64,000 nucleotides of DNA, from the NCBI GenBank assembly GCA_963782055.1, contig CAWAIF010000003.1, forward strand, positions 5,632,001 to 5,696,000, written 5' to 3'. The stretch comes from an uncultured delta proteobacterium. Its GTDB lineage: Bacteria > Myxococcota_A > Polyangia > Polyangiales > Polyangiaceae. The position numbers were made by a program, and so were the translations under genes. Shown in pieces: positions 47,501-56,778 of the stretch; the stretch's first letter is position 1, and the number at the start of each line of letters is the position of its first letter. The notes under the pieces were generated by a model. It did no database searches, was not told the DNA's origin, and worked only from the letters and a program-made list of their open reading frames with translations.

Positions 47501-48790
47501 TCACGCGACGGCCTTCGACGCCAGCGGGATCGTCGCGACGATGCGCGTGCCGCGCTCGCCGCGGCGATCGATGCTGATCGCCCCGCCGAGCGCGGCCACG
47601 CGCTGGCGCATGTTGCCGAGTCCCCTGCCCTCCCCCGGGGCGATGTCGGAGATGCCGACGCCGTCGTCCTCGACGGTCACCGTTACCCCGCAGGCGTCGA
47701 CGCCGACGCGGAGCCACCACCGCCGCGCCCCCGCGTGGCGCACCGAGTTGCTCAGGGCCTCCTGCACCAGCCGCACCACCGCCAGCGACACCACCGGCTG
47801 CGTCGGCGCCGACGCGTCCGCGTCGAGCACGACCTCCAGCGCCACGCCGGCCGCGCCGCACACGTCGGCGCAGTGCCGGCGGAGGCGCGACAGGATCGCC
47901 TCCCAGGACGGCTCCTCCGGGTCGAGGCTCCAGAGCGCGAGCCGGAGGTCGGTCAGCCCGTCCTGGAGGGTGTCCTCCAGCGCCGCCAGCGGGTCGGGGG
48001 CGCCGGGAGCGCGCTCGCGCCGGGCGAGCTGCGTCATCAGGCGGGCGGCCGTGAGGTTGGCGCCGATGCCGTCGTGGAGCTCCATCGCGATGCGGCGGCG
48101 CTCCTCCGCCGCGCGCGCCCTCTCCTGCGCCAGCTCCAGCTCGGCGATGCGACTCCGCATCGCCTCGCGCTCCGCCTCCCCCTCCAGCGCGCGGTCGGAG
48201 GCGGTCGCCGCGATGTTCCACGTCATCATCGCCAGGCCTCCCACGGCGAGGCAGCCCGCCGCCACCGGGAGCGCGGGGCCGTGTGCGGCGAGGAGAACCG
48301 CCACGGCGGAGAGCGGCGCGAGGCCGAGCAGGACGCCGTCCCGCAGGGTCTTGCCGGCGGAGCTGGCCTGGACGACGCAAAGCGCGAAGTAGGGGAGCCA
48401 CCAGACCGACGCCACGCGCCCGCCCAGACCCACCAGCACCGCAGCCCCGTTGGCGAAGAGCGCGGTCTCGACGGTGTCGGCGACGCGATAGGCGCGCGAG
48501 GACCAGCCGAGCGCGCGATGGACCGAGAAGGTGCCCCACATCGCCGCCAGCATCAGCAGGGCATAGACGGCCGTTTCGCGAAAGGGCGTGCCGAGCAGGG
48601 GCTCGGCGCCCGGGATGAGCGGCAAGCACCCCAGCCCGGCGAAGAGCACCGACGCCTGGGCGAGCGTCACGGGGTTGCGGAGCTCCTCGTGATGGTGCTC
48701 GTCGCGCGCGCGTCGCCGGGCCTCGAGCGAGAGTCGGTCGTCCACGATCGACCACAATCGCAAACTTTGCGTTAGCGCGTCAACAGGCAT
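47501..48790 (-). CDS. Membrane sensor histidine kinase (HisKA_3)
   Basis: EERRRIAMELHDGIG, QEALSNSVRHA, EDDGVG, GRGLGNMRQR, and multiple TM helices. Confidence 0.92.
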   Translation of the reverse strand: MPVDALTQSLRLWSIVDDRLSLEARRRARDEHHHEELRNPVTLAQASVLFAGLGCLPLIPGAEPLLGTPFRETAVYALLMLAAMWGTFSVHRALGWSSRAYRVADTVETALFANGAAVLVGLGGRVASVWWLPYFALCVVQASSAGKTLRDGVLLGLAPLSAVAVLLAAHGPALPVAAGCLAVGGLAMMTWNIAATASDRALEGEAEREAMRSRIAELELAQERARAAEERRRIAMELHDGIGANLTAARLMTQLARRERAPGAPDPLAALEDTLQDGLTDLRLALWSLDPEEPSWEAILSRLRRHCADVCGAAGVALEVVLDADASAPTQPVVSLAVVRLVQEALSNSVRHAGARRWWLRVGVDACGVTVTVEDDGVGISDIAPGEGRGLGNMRQRVAALGGAISIDRRGERGTRIVATIPLASKAVA

Positions 48791-48816
48791 GTATGGGGCG
48801 GACCGCCCCGCCCGCT

Positions 48817-49680
48817 TCAGAGCGCCCAGCGCGCGCGCAGGTACTCCTCGATCCCCGTGCGCTGCGTGTCGTCCAGGTACGCGGCGTAGACGACGATCTC
48901 CGCGACATCGGCGTTCGCGTAGGGCAGGGCGGTGTCGGGCGCCGCCGGCGGCGGCATGATGCCGCCCAGAAAGAGCGTCAGACCGTCCGGCGCGGCCGGC
49001 AGCTTCGTCGCGAGCTGCTCGGCGAGCTTGCCGTCCACGAAGGTCTGCGCCTCCCCGTTGCCGTAGCGCGTCTCCAGCAGCTCGAAGCGCGCGGGGTCGA
49101 CGGGCATGTGCGGGTTGACCTCCTGATCGATGAAGAGGCCAAAGCCGGTGCCCGCGTCGCTCGTCACGTTGACGTCGTACGGAAAGATGACGGAGGGCGT
49201 CGTGCCGTAGCTCGCCTCGAAGCGGAGGATGCTCTGCGGGTAGCCCTTCGCCACCACGAAGGCGGTCAGGCTCGCCGCGCCCGGCCCCGCCCAGTTGACC
49301 TGGAGCACCTGGGCCTGGGACGAGTCGAAGCGCACGACCGGCTTCCCCGCCTGGACGCCGGGCACCAGCGTGGGCTGCTGGGGGCCGGAAGGCGCGGTGC
49401 CCACGTGCTTGTCCAGCGTCTGGTCCACCCACTGGGTGACCGGCCCTTGGCCCGTCTGCGTCGTGTAGACGCCGCGATCGGCGGTGAACCACGCGGCGAG
49501 GCCGGGGACGGCGGTGGGTGTCGTCGGCCCGCCGTCCTCGAAGGACGCCTCCACGGGGCCGGCGTCGGGCGCGGCGCCGTCGGCGAGAGTGGCGTCGTCG
49601 AAGGAGGCGCCGATGAGGGAGGCGCAGCCGCACGCCGCCGCGCATGCGAAGAGGACGAGGGCCCGACCCGCCCGCACCAT
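48817..49680 (-). CDS. Lipoprotein with a LamG/concanavalin-like domain
   Basis: Lipobox. LAAWFTAD.G, VTQWVDQ, GKPVVRFD, DVAEIVVY...IEEYLRARW. Confidence 0.8.
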   Translation of the reverse strand: MVRAGRALVLFACAAACGCASLIGASFDDATLADGAAPDAGPVEASFEDGGPTTPTAVPGLAAWFTADRGVYTTQTGQGPVTQWVDQTLDKHVGTAPSGPQQPTLVPGVQAGKPVVRFDSSQAQVLQVNWAGPGAASLTAFVVAKGYPQSILRFEASYGTTPSVIFPYDVNVTSDAGTGFGLFIDQEVNPHMPVDPARFELLETRYGNGEAQTFVDGKLAEQLATKLPAAPDGLTLFLGGIMPPPAAPDTALPYANADVAEIVVYAAYLDDTQRTGIEEYLRARWAL

Positions 49681-50633
49681 CAGAAGCGCCCCCGCGCGAC
49701 GACGCCCGCCGGCGAGAAGGAGACGGCCACGCGCGGCGCCGGGTGCTTGATGCTGCCCACCACGAAGAGCGTCGCGCCAGCGCCGATCAGCAGGGCGCCG
49801 GCGATGAAGGTGGCGGTGCTGGCGGCGGCCCACGCCGCCCCGGACTGCGCGGCGTCGTAGCCGATGGCGTTGCACACGTTGGACGCCGAGCAGTTGTGCG
49901 ACTGGGTGTCCTTGCGGTCGACGGCCAGCACGCCCGTGAGGCTCCCGGCCCAGAGGCTTGCCACGCCGACGCCGATCGACACCACCCCGGCGACGCGAAG
50001 GACGGGGCTCGCGTGGCGCGCGGCGGGGTGAGGCTGGTTGGGCAGCACCTCCTCCAGCGCGTCGCCCGCGTCGACGTCCAGCCGCTTGGTCTCGCCCTCG
50101 GCGAAGCCCACGTGGTAGCGCGCGCCGCGGTACCCCACGGCCGTCACCAGGATCTGGTGCGCCCCCTTGGCGAGGTAGATCGGGCCCTTCTTCGGATCGA
50201 GGGTGGCGCCGTCGAGGGTGACCACCGCGCCCTCCGGCGCGGTCGACAGCAGGTGCACCTCCAGCCGCGCGGCGTGGCCGCGGATGCGCTCCAGTCGCTC
50301 GCGGGCGTGGGTGAGGCGGTCGTCGTTCGGCGCCATGCGCGAGATGGCGGTGCGGTAGTAGTCGAACGCGCGCTGCAGGTCGCCCTGGTTCTCCTCGCAG
50401 TCGCCCAGGTTGAGCAGGGTGCCCACGGCCGGGTCCAGACGGAAGCTCTCCTCGAAGTCGTGGCATGCCTCCCCGTACTTGCCCTCCTCGGCCGCCTGCC
50501 GGCCTTCCCGGAAGAGGCGATCGGCCTCCGCCGCGGCCGCGTGGTCGGCCCGCGCGAGGGCCGGCGCGGTCAGCGTCGCGGCCAGGGCGAGGAGACCGGC
50601 CGCCCACGCCCCGAGCGCGCGCGGCCTGCTCAC
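49680..50633 (-). CDS. TPR/PEGA-like secreted protein
   Basis: LFREGR...ACHDFEESFRLDPAVGTLLNLGDC. C-terminus GVVARGRF. Confidence 0.85.
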   Translation of the reverse strand: MSRPRALGAWAAGLLALAATLTAPALARADHAAAAEADRLFREGRQAAEEGKYGEACHDFEESFRLDPAVGTLLNLGDCEENQGDLQRAFDYYRTAISRMAPNDDRLTHARERLERIRGHAARLEVHLLSTAPEGAVVTLDGATLDPKKGPIYLAKGAHQILVTAVGYRGARYHVGFAEGETKRLDVDAGDALEEVLPNQPHPAARHASPVLRVAGVVSIGVGVASLWAGSLTGVLAVDRKDTQSHNCSASNVCNAIGYDAAQSGAAWAAASTATFIAGALLIGAGATLFVVGSIKHPAPRVAVSFSPAGVVARGRF

Positions 50634-52126
50634 CTCCGCCGGTCGAGCCAACTCTTCTTCGCGGTCTTGACCGCCGGGTGGAGGTGGACGGGGACCCGCG
50701 GCGCGACGGAGGCGTCCGCCTCCACGGCCGTCGCCTCGGCGGTGGCGCTCTCGACGACGGCGGGAGGCACCTCGACGGTCTGGACGGGGGGCGGAGGGGA
50801 CGGCGTGACGTCGTCGCTGGCGGGGAGCTGCGGCGTGACGCTCGCCGGCGCGGCCGCCGCCGTCGCCGTCGCCACGGGCGGAGCATCGCGCCGACTGCGC
50901 AGGACGAGGACGGCGGCGAACACCGCCACCGCCAGCACCACGCCCGACGCGACCGCCAGGAACACGCGCGCGGTGCGGTGGTTTCCCTTCTCGGTCACCT
51001 CCACCGGCCCGAAGGTGGCCTGACGCCCCGGGCCGGACGGCGCCGTGATCTGGGTCGGCGCCTCGCGCAGCTGGTAGCTGCCCGACGGCAGCGCCGCGCC
51101 GAGCGGCCGCAGCGCCCCGGAGCCCAGCGCGGCCCCGAGCGGCCCGGACGCCGGGGCGGGCGCCATCGCCGCGATCTCCGCGGGCAGCATCGGGTCCACC
51201 GGCGTCGCGATGCGGAAGGCAGGCAACACGCCGCCCCAGGAGATCGCCATCATCGCCTCGCGCAGGGCGGCCTGCATGGCGCGGGCGTCGTGGAAGCGCC
51301 CCTCCTTGGTGAAGGAGAGCGCGGTGTCGACCACCTCGCAGAGCGGGGTCGGGACGTCCGGGGCGACGCGGGAGAGCGACACCGCCGGCAGCGTGGCCGC
51401 GGCGACGAGCTGCTCGTTGGCCGTCTCCGCCTCGTGCACGACGCGCCCGGAGAGCAGGTAAAAGAGCGTGGAGCCGAGCGCCCACACGTCGCTCGTCGCG
51501 TCCATCTCGTTGGCGCGCCCGCGCGCCTGCTCCGGCGGCATGAAGGCGGGGGTGCCCATCATGGTGCCGGTGCGCGTGCCGGTGTCACCGATGCCGGTCA
51601 CGTCACGCACGCGCGCGATGCCGAAGTCCAGGACGATGACGCGCCCGTCCTGCGTCAGGAAGACGTTGTCCGGCTTGATGTCGCGGTGGACGATGCCGTG
51701 GTCGTGCGCGGCGGCGAGCACGTCCAGCACCGCGTCGCCGATCGCGGCCACGTCCTGCGGGGGCAGGCGTCCCCCCAACCGCGCGGCGCGCGCGGCGGAG
51801 GTCTCGCCCTCCAGCAGGTCCATCACCAGGAAGGCCGAGCCGTCGTCGGCCACGTCGTCGTCGATGACCCGGGCGACCCCCGGGTGCCCGACGGCGTTGC
51901 CCACGTAGCCCTCCCGGGCGAAGCGGCGGCGCACCTCCTCGTTCATCGAGAGCTGCGTGTGCAGCATCTTGATGGCGACGCGGCTGCCGTTGTTCTTGTG
52001 CGTCGCCGCGTACACCGCCGCCATCCCTCCCAGGCCCAGGACCCTGTCGATGCGCCACTTGTCCTTGACGGTGGCGCCGACCCTGGCCTGGACCATCGCG
52101 ACGACGGATTGGTGAATGCTCGGCAT
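50630..52126 (-). CDS. Hanks-type Ser/Thr protein kinase with a TM helix
   Basis: LGLGGMAAVY, VAIK, HRDIKPDN, DFGIA, GTPAFMPPEQ, DVWALG. Confidence 0.95.
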   Translation of the reverse strand: MPSIHQSVVAMVQARVGATVKDKWRIDRVLGLGGMAAVYAATHKNNGSRVAIKMLHTQLSMNEEVRRRFAREGYVGNAVGHPGVARVIDDDVADDGSAFLVMDLLEGETSAARAARLGGRLPPQDVAAIGDAVLDVLAAAHDHGIVHRDIKPDNVFLTQDGRVIVLDFGIARVRDVTGIGDTGTRTGTMMGTPAFMPPEQARGRANEMDATSDVWALGSTLFYLLSGRVVHEAETANEQLVAAATLPAVSLSRVAPDVPTPLCEVVDTALSFTKEGRFHDARAMQAALREAMMAISWGGVLPAFRIATPVDPMLPAEIAAMAPAPASGPLGAALGSGALRPLGAALPSGSYQLREAPTQITAPSGPGRQATFGPVEVTEKGNHRTARVFLAVASGVVLAVAVFAAVLVLRSRRDAPPVATATAAAAPASVTPQLPASDDVTPSPPPPVQTVEVPPAVVESATAEATAVEADASVAPRVPVHLHPAVKTAKKSWLDRRR

Positions 52127-52270
52127 GACCGGGTACCAGCACGCTGGCAGCCGCCGCGTGGGCAACTCCCCCCGCCAGCATAGAAACGATACCTCTCCTT
52201 GCGGCCGGAACGAACCCGAAACGACCCCCCTCGCCCCGGGCATGGCGGAAAATTCCGCGGTTTCGCGGGG

Positions 52271-53983
52271 TCAGCGTTGCCCGGGCGTCAGGCTATCTTC
52301 CTTGCTCAGCTCGGCGATGAGGACGGCCTGGCGCTCCAGCTCGGCGCGCGCGTGCTCCAGCTCCTCGCCCGACTCCGCGCGGCGTCGCTCGGCGTGCTCC
52401 TGCGCGAGCGCCTGACGCAGCACGGAGAGCTCCTCGCGGAGCGACGAGAGCTCGGCGTGCTCCGGCGGCTCATCGCCCGCGGCCTCCGCGACCGCCACCT
52501 CCGCCGGAGGGGTCACCGGCGACGGCGCCGATTGCGCCACCCGCCGGTGCGCCTCCAGCAGCGCGCGCTCCAGCTCCCCCGCACGCCACGCGCTCGCCTC
52601 CAGCTCGCTCCGCTGCCTCGCCGCGACCAGGGCGAGTGCGTCCAGCTTCTTGCGCAGCTCCTCGTTCTCCTGAAGCAGCTCGGGCGCGACGGCGGGCTCC
52701 GCGGGCGCGTGGCCGTGCGTGAGCTCCTCCAGGCGCAGCAAGAGCTCCCGGATGATCTTTTCGCGCCGCGCCGCCTCGCGCTGCAGCACGCGGACCGCCT
52801 CGCCGCGCCCGGCGAGCTTGGCCTCCAGGCGGTGCAGCTCCGCCTCGTACGCCTCGTCCGGCTCGTCCGGCTCATCCGGCGGGGGCGCCTCGCGCAGGAC
52901 GTCCAGCTCCGCGGCGAGCAGCGCCGCGCGATCGTCGCGATCCCGCAGGGCGGTCTCCAGCTCGGAGACGCGCGCGTCGCGCTCGGCCGCCCACGCCTCG
53001 AGCTGACCGAGCCGCTCGCGCAGGGTGACGATGGTCTGCTCGGCGAGCTCCACGCCCGCCTCCAGCGCGCCAATCCGCTCCCGCGCGATGGCCTCGCCCG
53101 GCTGCACCGCGGCGAGCTCCACCGCCAGCCGCTCGCGCACCTGCTGCTCGTGCGCCAGCGCGCGCTCCAGGCGCGAGGCGCGGTCGTGCTCGGCCTCCAG
53201 CGCCATCCCCGCGCGCCGCGCCTCCTCCACCACGCGCGCCTGCTCCGCTTGCCCCTCCACCATGTCGGCGAGCTGCGCGCGCAGGGTGTCCGCCCGCAGC
53301 CGCGCCTCCGCCAGCTCCACGGTGAGCGAGGTGTCCGACGCCGGGGCGGTCTGCGGCGGCGCGGGGAGCTGCACCACCGCGTACGGGTCGAGCGCCACGT
53401 CCCCCTGCGAGGCGAGCGCCACGAAGGCGTGCGGCGCCCCCGCCGGCGGGGCGAGCTGCGTGTCGACGCGCACACCCTCGACCTCCGCCACCCCAAGCTC
53501 GGCGATGGTCACGCCGGAGAAGGGCATCTCGGCGAGCATGCGCACCGACTGGAACTGCAGCGAGAGCATCTCGTACAGGTCGTAGTAGTCGAGCGACGCC
53601 TCCCCCGACTCCGCCGTCTCCCGGTTGCGCGCGGCGCAGAGCACCGCGCCCTCCGGCCCGACCACCCGGCGCAGCCGGGAGAGCAGCGCCGCCGGCTCCG
53701 GCACCGAGGCGAGATCGGGCACGATGGCGAGGTCGAAGGCGCCGTCGCGCACGTCGAAGTCGCCGTCGGGGAGCGTGCGCAGGCTGACGGTGCGGTCCTC
53801 CGGCGCCGCCTGGGCGAGCGCCCGCTCCGGCACCGGGTCGTAGACGTGCACCAGCCGCGCGCCCATCGCCACGAGCGTCTCGTGCAGCCCCACCGACGAG
53901 TCCCCCACCAGGAGGACCCGGTTCCCCTCCACGAGGGGCTCGGCGTAGACAGAGAGCGCGAAGGGCAAGGAGGGGCTCGCCAT
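52271..53983 (-). CDS. Methyltransferase-like N-terminal domain plus a long coiled coil
   Basis: DGAFDLAIV...LRRVVGPEG class I MTase-like motifs, followed by an E/L/A/R-rich heptad region. Confidence 0.75.
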   Translation of the reverse strand: MASPSLPFALSVYAEPLVEGNRVLLVGDSSVGLHETLVAMGARLVHVYDPVPERALAQAAPEDRTVSLRTLPDGDFDVRDGAFDLAIVPDLASVPEPAALLSRLRRVVGPEGAVLCAARNRETAESGEASLDYYDLYEMLSLQFQSVRMLAEMPFSGVTIAELGVAEVEGVRVDTQLAPPAGAPHAFVALASQGDVALDPYAVVQLPAPPQTAPASDTSLTVELAEARLRADTLRAQLADMVEGQAEQARVVEEARRAGMALEAEHDRASRLERALAHEQQVRERLAVELAAVQPGEAIARERIGALEAGVELAEQTIVTLRERLGQLEAWAAERDARVSELETALRDRDDRAALLAAELDVLREAPPPDEPDEPDEAYEAELHRLEAKLAGRGEAVRVLQREAARREKIIRELLLRLEELTHGHAPAEPAVAPELLQENEELRKKLDALALVAARQRSELEASAWRAGELERALLEAHRRVAQSAPSPVTPPAEVAVAEAAGDEPPEHAELSSLREELSVLRQALAQEHAERRRAESGEELEHARAELERQAVLIAELSKEDSLTPGQR

Positions 53984-54063
53984 GGGAGGCCGGAGCGTAG
54001 CGAAAACCCCTCCCGCGCGAAACGGTCCCCTGCCCGCCCGCCATCACCGGCGCCTTTTCACGC

Positions 54064-54804
54064 CTAGCCCTCCAGCTCCTCGAGCTGCGCGGCGATGGCG
54101 TCCTCGTCGCCGTCGATGGCCACGCGCAGTCCCTTCCGGAGCGCATCGGACGCGGACGTCTCGATGATGCCCGCGACGCGCGCCTTCCCTTCCGCGTCCA
54201 GCAGCGCCCTGAGCGCAACGACCGCGGCGACGCGCCGGGGCGCGGACGCCTCCGGACTCTCCAGCACCCGCCACGAGGTGTCCGGGGGTACGGCGGCGAC
54301 GCGGTAGTGAGCGTGCACCGGGCTTGCGAGCCCGGCAAGCCGGTGAACCCATCCGCGCAGGTTGGCGCCGTCCCGATCGAGAGCATGGACCGATTCGGTC
54401 GGCGCACGGCGAGCGTGTGCTTCGAGGCGGCGGAGTAGGTCACGAGATAGTGCATGGAGGCCCGGATCCCGGTCGAGGGCTTCCAAAAGCGTGATGCCGC
54501 CGGGGTTCGACGAGATGGGGATGTTCCCGCCGAAGTAGTGCTTGGAGATGTGGTCGATCACCTTGCCGATGTCGCTCGGGCCGGGCAGACCCGACCCCGG
54601 CGTGTGCGTCCCGAGGTCCCCTCCGCCCAGCCCGAAGGGTCCCCCGAAGTGCTTCGCGATCTGGCCAATCAGGTCGCCGAGTGAATCGCCCCCGGTGCCG
54701 CCGATGACCTGCCCGCTCGGGAGCACGACGCCGGTGCCTTCCTCCGGCGGCCGCCAGTCGACGCGGCGAGGACCGGTGTACTCCCGCTCCGGCACCTCGC
54801 TCAT
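54064..54804 (-). CDS. Chimeric ORF: gene A N-terminus (103 aa) fused in frame to a gene B-like C-terminal domain
   Basis: MSEVPEREY...ISSNPGG is shared with 1843-2152. L.R.G....W...YR...V.....W.V.E.P.AS...RV.A..ALR is shared with 278-620. Confidence 0.8.
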   Translation of the reverse strand: MSEVPEREYTGPRRVDWRPPEEGTGVVLPSGQVIGGTGGDSLGDLIGQIAKHFGGPFGLGGGDLGTHTPGSGLPGPSDIGKVIDHISKHYFGGNIPISSNPGGITLLEALDRDPGLHALSRDLLRRLEAHARRAPTESVHALDRDGANLRGWVHRLAGLASPVHAHYRVAAVPPDTSWRVLESPEASAPRRVAAVVALRALLDAEGKARVAGIIETSASDALRKGLRVAIDGDEDAIAAQLEELEG

Positions 54805-54810
54805 CCCGTA
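54495..54810. repeat. 316-bp dispersed direct duplication, copy 2
   Basis: About 96% identical to 1843-2158. Confidence 0.95.
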
Positions 54811-54861
54811 TGCGTGTTCCTGCGCAACCTCGAGGGGCGGGCCATCCGCGGGGGAGGGCCC

Positions 54862-55051
54862 GTTACCAGCGCCCCGAACATCCTCCCCGCCCGAGCGAGC
54901 GCGAGCGAGCGATGGGCCGGGGGAGGACGCGTGCGCGCAGGGCCCACGCGCAAGCTCGCGCGCGCGCCGGAGCCCGTGCACCCTGCACCCATCGACGGCG
55001 CGCGCGCGAGCGAGCATGGGCCCGAGCACACGCGAGGAGGGGCCCCCCCCT
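54862..55051 (+). repeat. Hairpin repeat family, diverged full copy
   Basis: GTTACCAGCGCCCCGAACATCCTCCCCGCCCGAGCGAGCGCGAGCGAGCGATGGGCCGGGGGAGGAC...GAGGAGGGGCCC. Confidence 0.88.
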
Positions 55052-55062
55052 TTCCCCTTCTT

Positions 55063-56778
55063 CTACGCGATCGCCTGCAGCGGACTCCCCGGGAACAGGA
55101 TCTCCGCCGCGACCCGGCTGGACAGCGAGCAGATGGTCATCGTCGGGTTGTAGCCGCTCGACGTCGGGAAGAGCGCCCCGTCAGAGCAGTACAGGTTCTG
55201 GATGTCGTGGAAGCGGCCGGTCGCGTCGCACACGCTGGTCTTCGGGTCGGTCCCGAAGCGCAGCGTGCCCATGACGTGCGCGCTCGCCGGTACGTCGTCG
55301 AGCGGCGGGTTGGCGGCCCAGCGCGCCCCCGCCGCGCCCATGATCTCCACCAGCTTCGGCGCGTAGAACTTGCTCGCCGAGAGCTCGAAGTCGTGGTTCT
55401 TGTACGTCACGCGCGGCGCGGGCTTGCCGAACACGTCCACCACCGCGGGGTCCAGGTCCACGCGGTTGGTGGCCTGGGGCGCGTCCTCCGCCTGCATGGT
55501 GAAGACGATGATGCGGTCGCGGAAGGGCGACTGCCGCATGAGCGACTTGAAGCGCACGCCGTCGAACTTGAGCAGCAGGCGGGAGAGGATGTCGGCGTAG
55601 TAGCCGCCCTCGTCCACCGGTCCCTCGCTCCCGCTGATCTCCACGATGCCGCCGAGGGGGTGCTGCGCGTCGTTCGGCTTGCCGCGGAAGTCGGCGAAGC
55701 CGTGGCACACGGTGCGCCCGCGGTGACCGTGGAGGCGGTCGTTGAAGATGCCGACGGCGTTGGTCTGCAGGTGGAACATCAGGTTGCGGCCGACCATGTC
55801 GCTGGAGTTGCCCAGGCCCGGGCCGCCGGGGTCGGACATGAGCAAGAGGCGCGCGTCCTCGATGGGGCTCGCCGCGAGCACGTACTGGCCGGCGGTGTAG
55901 ACGACCGTCTTGGCGTCCGGCCCCACGCACTCGACGCCGGTGATGGTGTCCTTCGGCCCGTTGGTGAGCAGCTTGACCGCGCGGGTCTCGGTCATCATCA
56001 GGCAGTTGCCGGAGAGCAGCGCCTTGCGCAGCATGGAGACCGCCGGCGCGCCCTTGGCGTTGATGGGGCAGCCGAAGTCGGCGCAGAAGCCGCAGTCGTT
56101 GCACGCCGGGCGGCCGTCGTACGGCATGGAGTTGACCGCCGTCGGGTACGGGAAGGCCGTGTAACCCAGCTTCGCCAGGCCCTTGGCGGCGATGTCGGCC
56201 ACGTACGCCTTCACGCCCGGCGGCATGGGGAACGGCCCGCTGCGCGGCGACTCGAAGGGATTGGTCCCCGCCTCGCCCTGCACGCCCAGCTCCTTCTCCG
56301 CCCAGGTGTAGAAGGGCTCCAGGTCGGCGTAGGTGATCGGCCAGTCAGCGAATGTTGTATTCTGCACGCTTCCGGCGAGGAGCGTGCCCATCATGAAGTC
56401 CTGCTCCTCGTAGCGCGGCATCTTCAGGTCGGCGTGCACCGCGCCGCCGCCCACGTGCTTGGGCAGGCCGTTGACGTCGCCGACCATCAGCCGGTCGCCG
56501 TCCTGCGTGGAGGTGCGCCAGCTCCGCGGATCCAGACGCGTGTCCGGGTCGATGAAGGATCGCCGCCGGTACTTCACCTCGTCGCCCGAGTGCCGCGGCA
56601 CCGGCTGCTGGTTGGGGTCGTCGATGTGGTCGAAGTGGTTCTCCCCCGCCTCGAGCACCAGGACCTTCTTGCCGTGCTTGGTGAGCAGGTAGGCCATGGG
56701 ACCGCCGCCGGCGCCGCTGCCGATGACGATCACGTCGAAGCTGGTGAGGGCGGAGTTGCCGAAGACGGTGGTGGTCAT
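55063..56778 (-). CDS. GMC oxidoreductase (gluconate 2-dehydrogenase flavoprotein-like)
   Basis: IVIGSGAGG, CNDCGFCADFGC, VGRNLMFH, AHVMGTLRFG, GYNPTMTI. Confidence 0.93.
   Translation of the reverse strand: MTTTVFGNSALTSFDVIVIGSGAGGGPMAYLLTKHGKKVLVLEAGENHFDHIDDPNQQPVPRHSGDEVKYRRRSFIDPDTRLDPRSWRTSTQDGDRLMVGDVNGLPKHVGGGAVHADLKMPRYEEQDFMMGTLLAGSVQNTTFADWPITYADLEPFYTWAEKELGVQGEAGTNPFESPRSGPFPMPPGVKAYVADIAAKGLAKLGYTAFPYPTAVNSMPYDGRPACNDCGFCADFGCPINAKGAPAVSMLRKALLSGNCLMMTETRAVKLLTNGPKDTITGVECVGPDAKTVVYTAGQYVLAASPIEDARLLLMSDPGGPGLGNSSDMVGRNLMFHLQTNAVGIFNDRLHGHRGRTVCHGFADFRGKPNDAQHPLGGIVEISGSEGPVDEGGYYADILSRLLLKFDGVRFKSLMRQSPFRDRIIVFTMQAEDAPQATNRVDLDPAVVDVFGKPAPRVTYKNHDFELSASKFYAPKLVEIMGAAGARWAANPPLDDVPASAHVMGTLRFGTDPKTSVCDATGRFHDIQNLYCSDGALFPTSSGYNPTMTICSLSSRVAAEILFPGSPLQAIA

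Noticed and set aside
48817..52126. Ser/Thr kinase-TPR/PEGA-lipoprotein operon as a novel system
   Set aside because: It is a very common arrangement in myxobacterial genomes, so it is listed as features only.
1843..54810. 316-bp direct repeats as attL/attR of a 52-kb integrated element or as a DGR template/variable pair
   Set aside because: The intervening DNA holds housekeeping genes (alr, rsmI, dnaJ), there is no integrase or reverse transcriptase, and the mismatches are mostly synonymous rather than adenine-specific.
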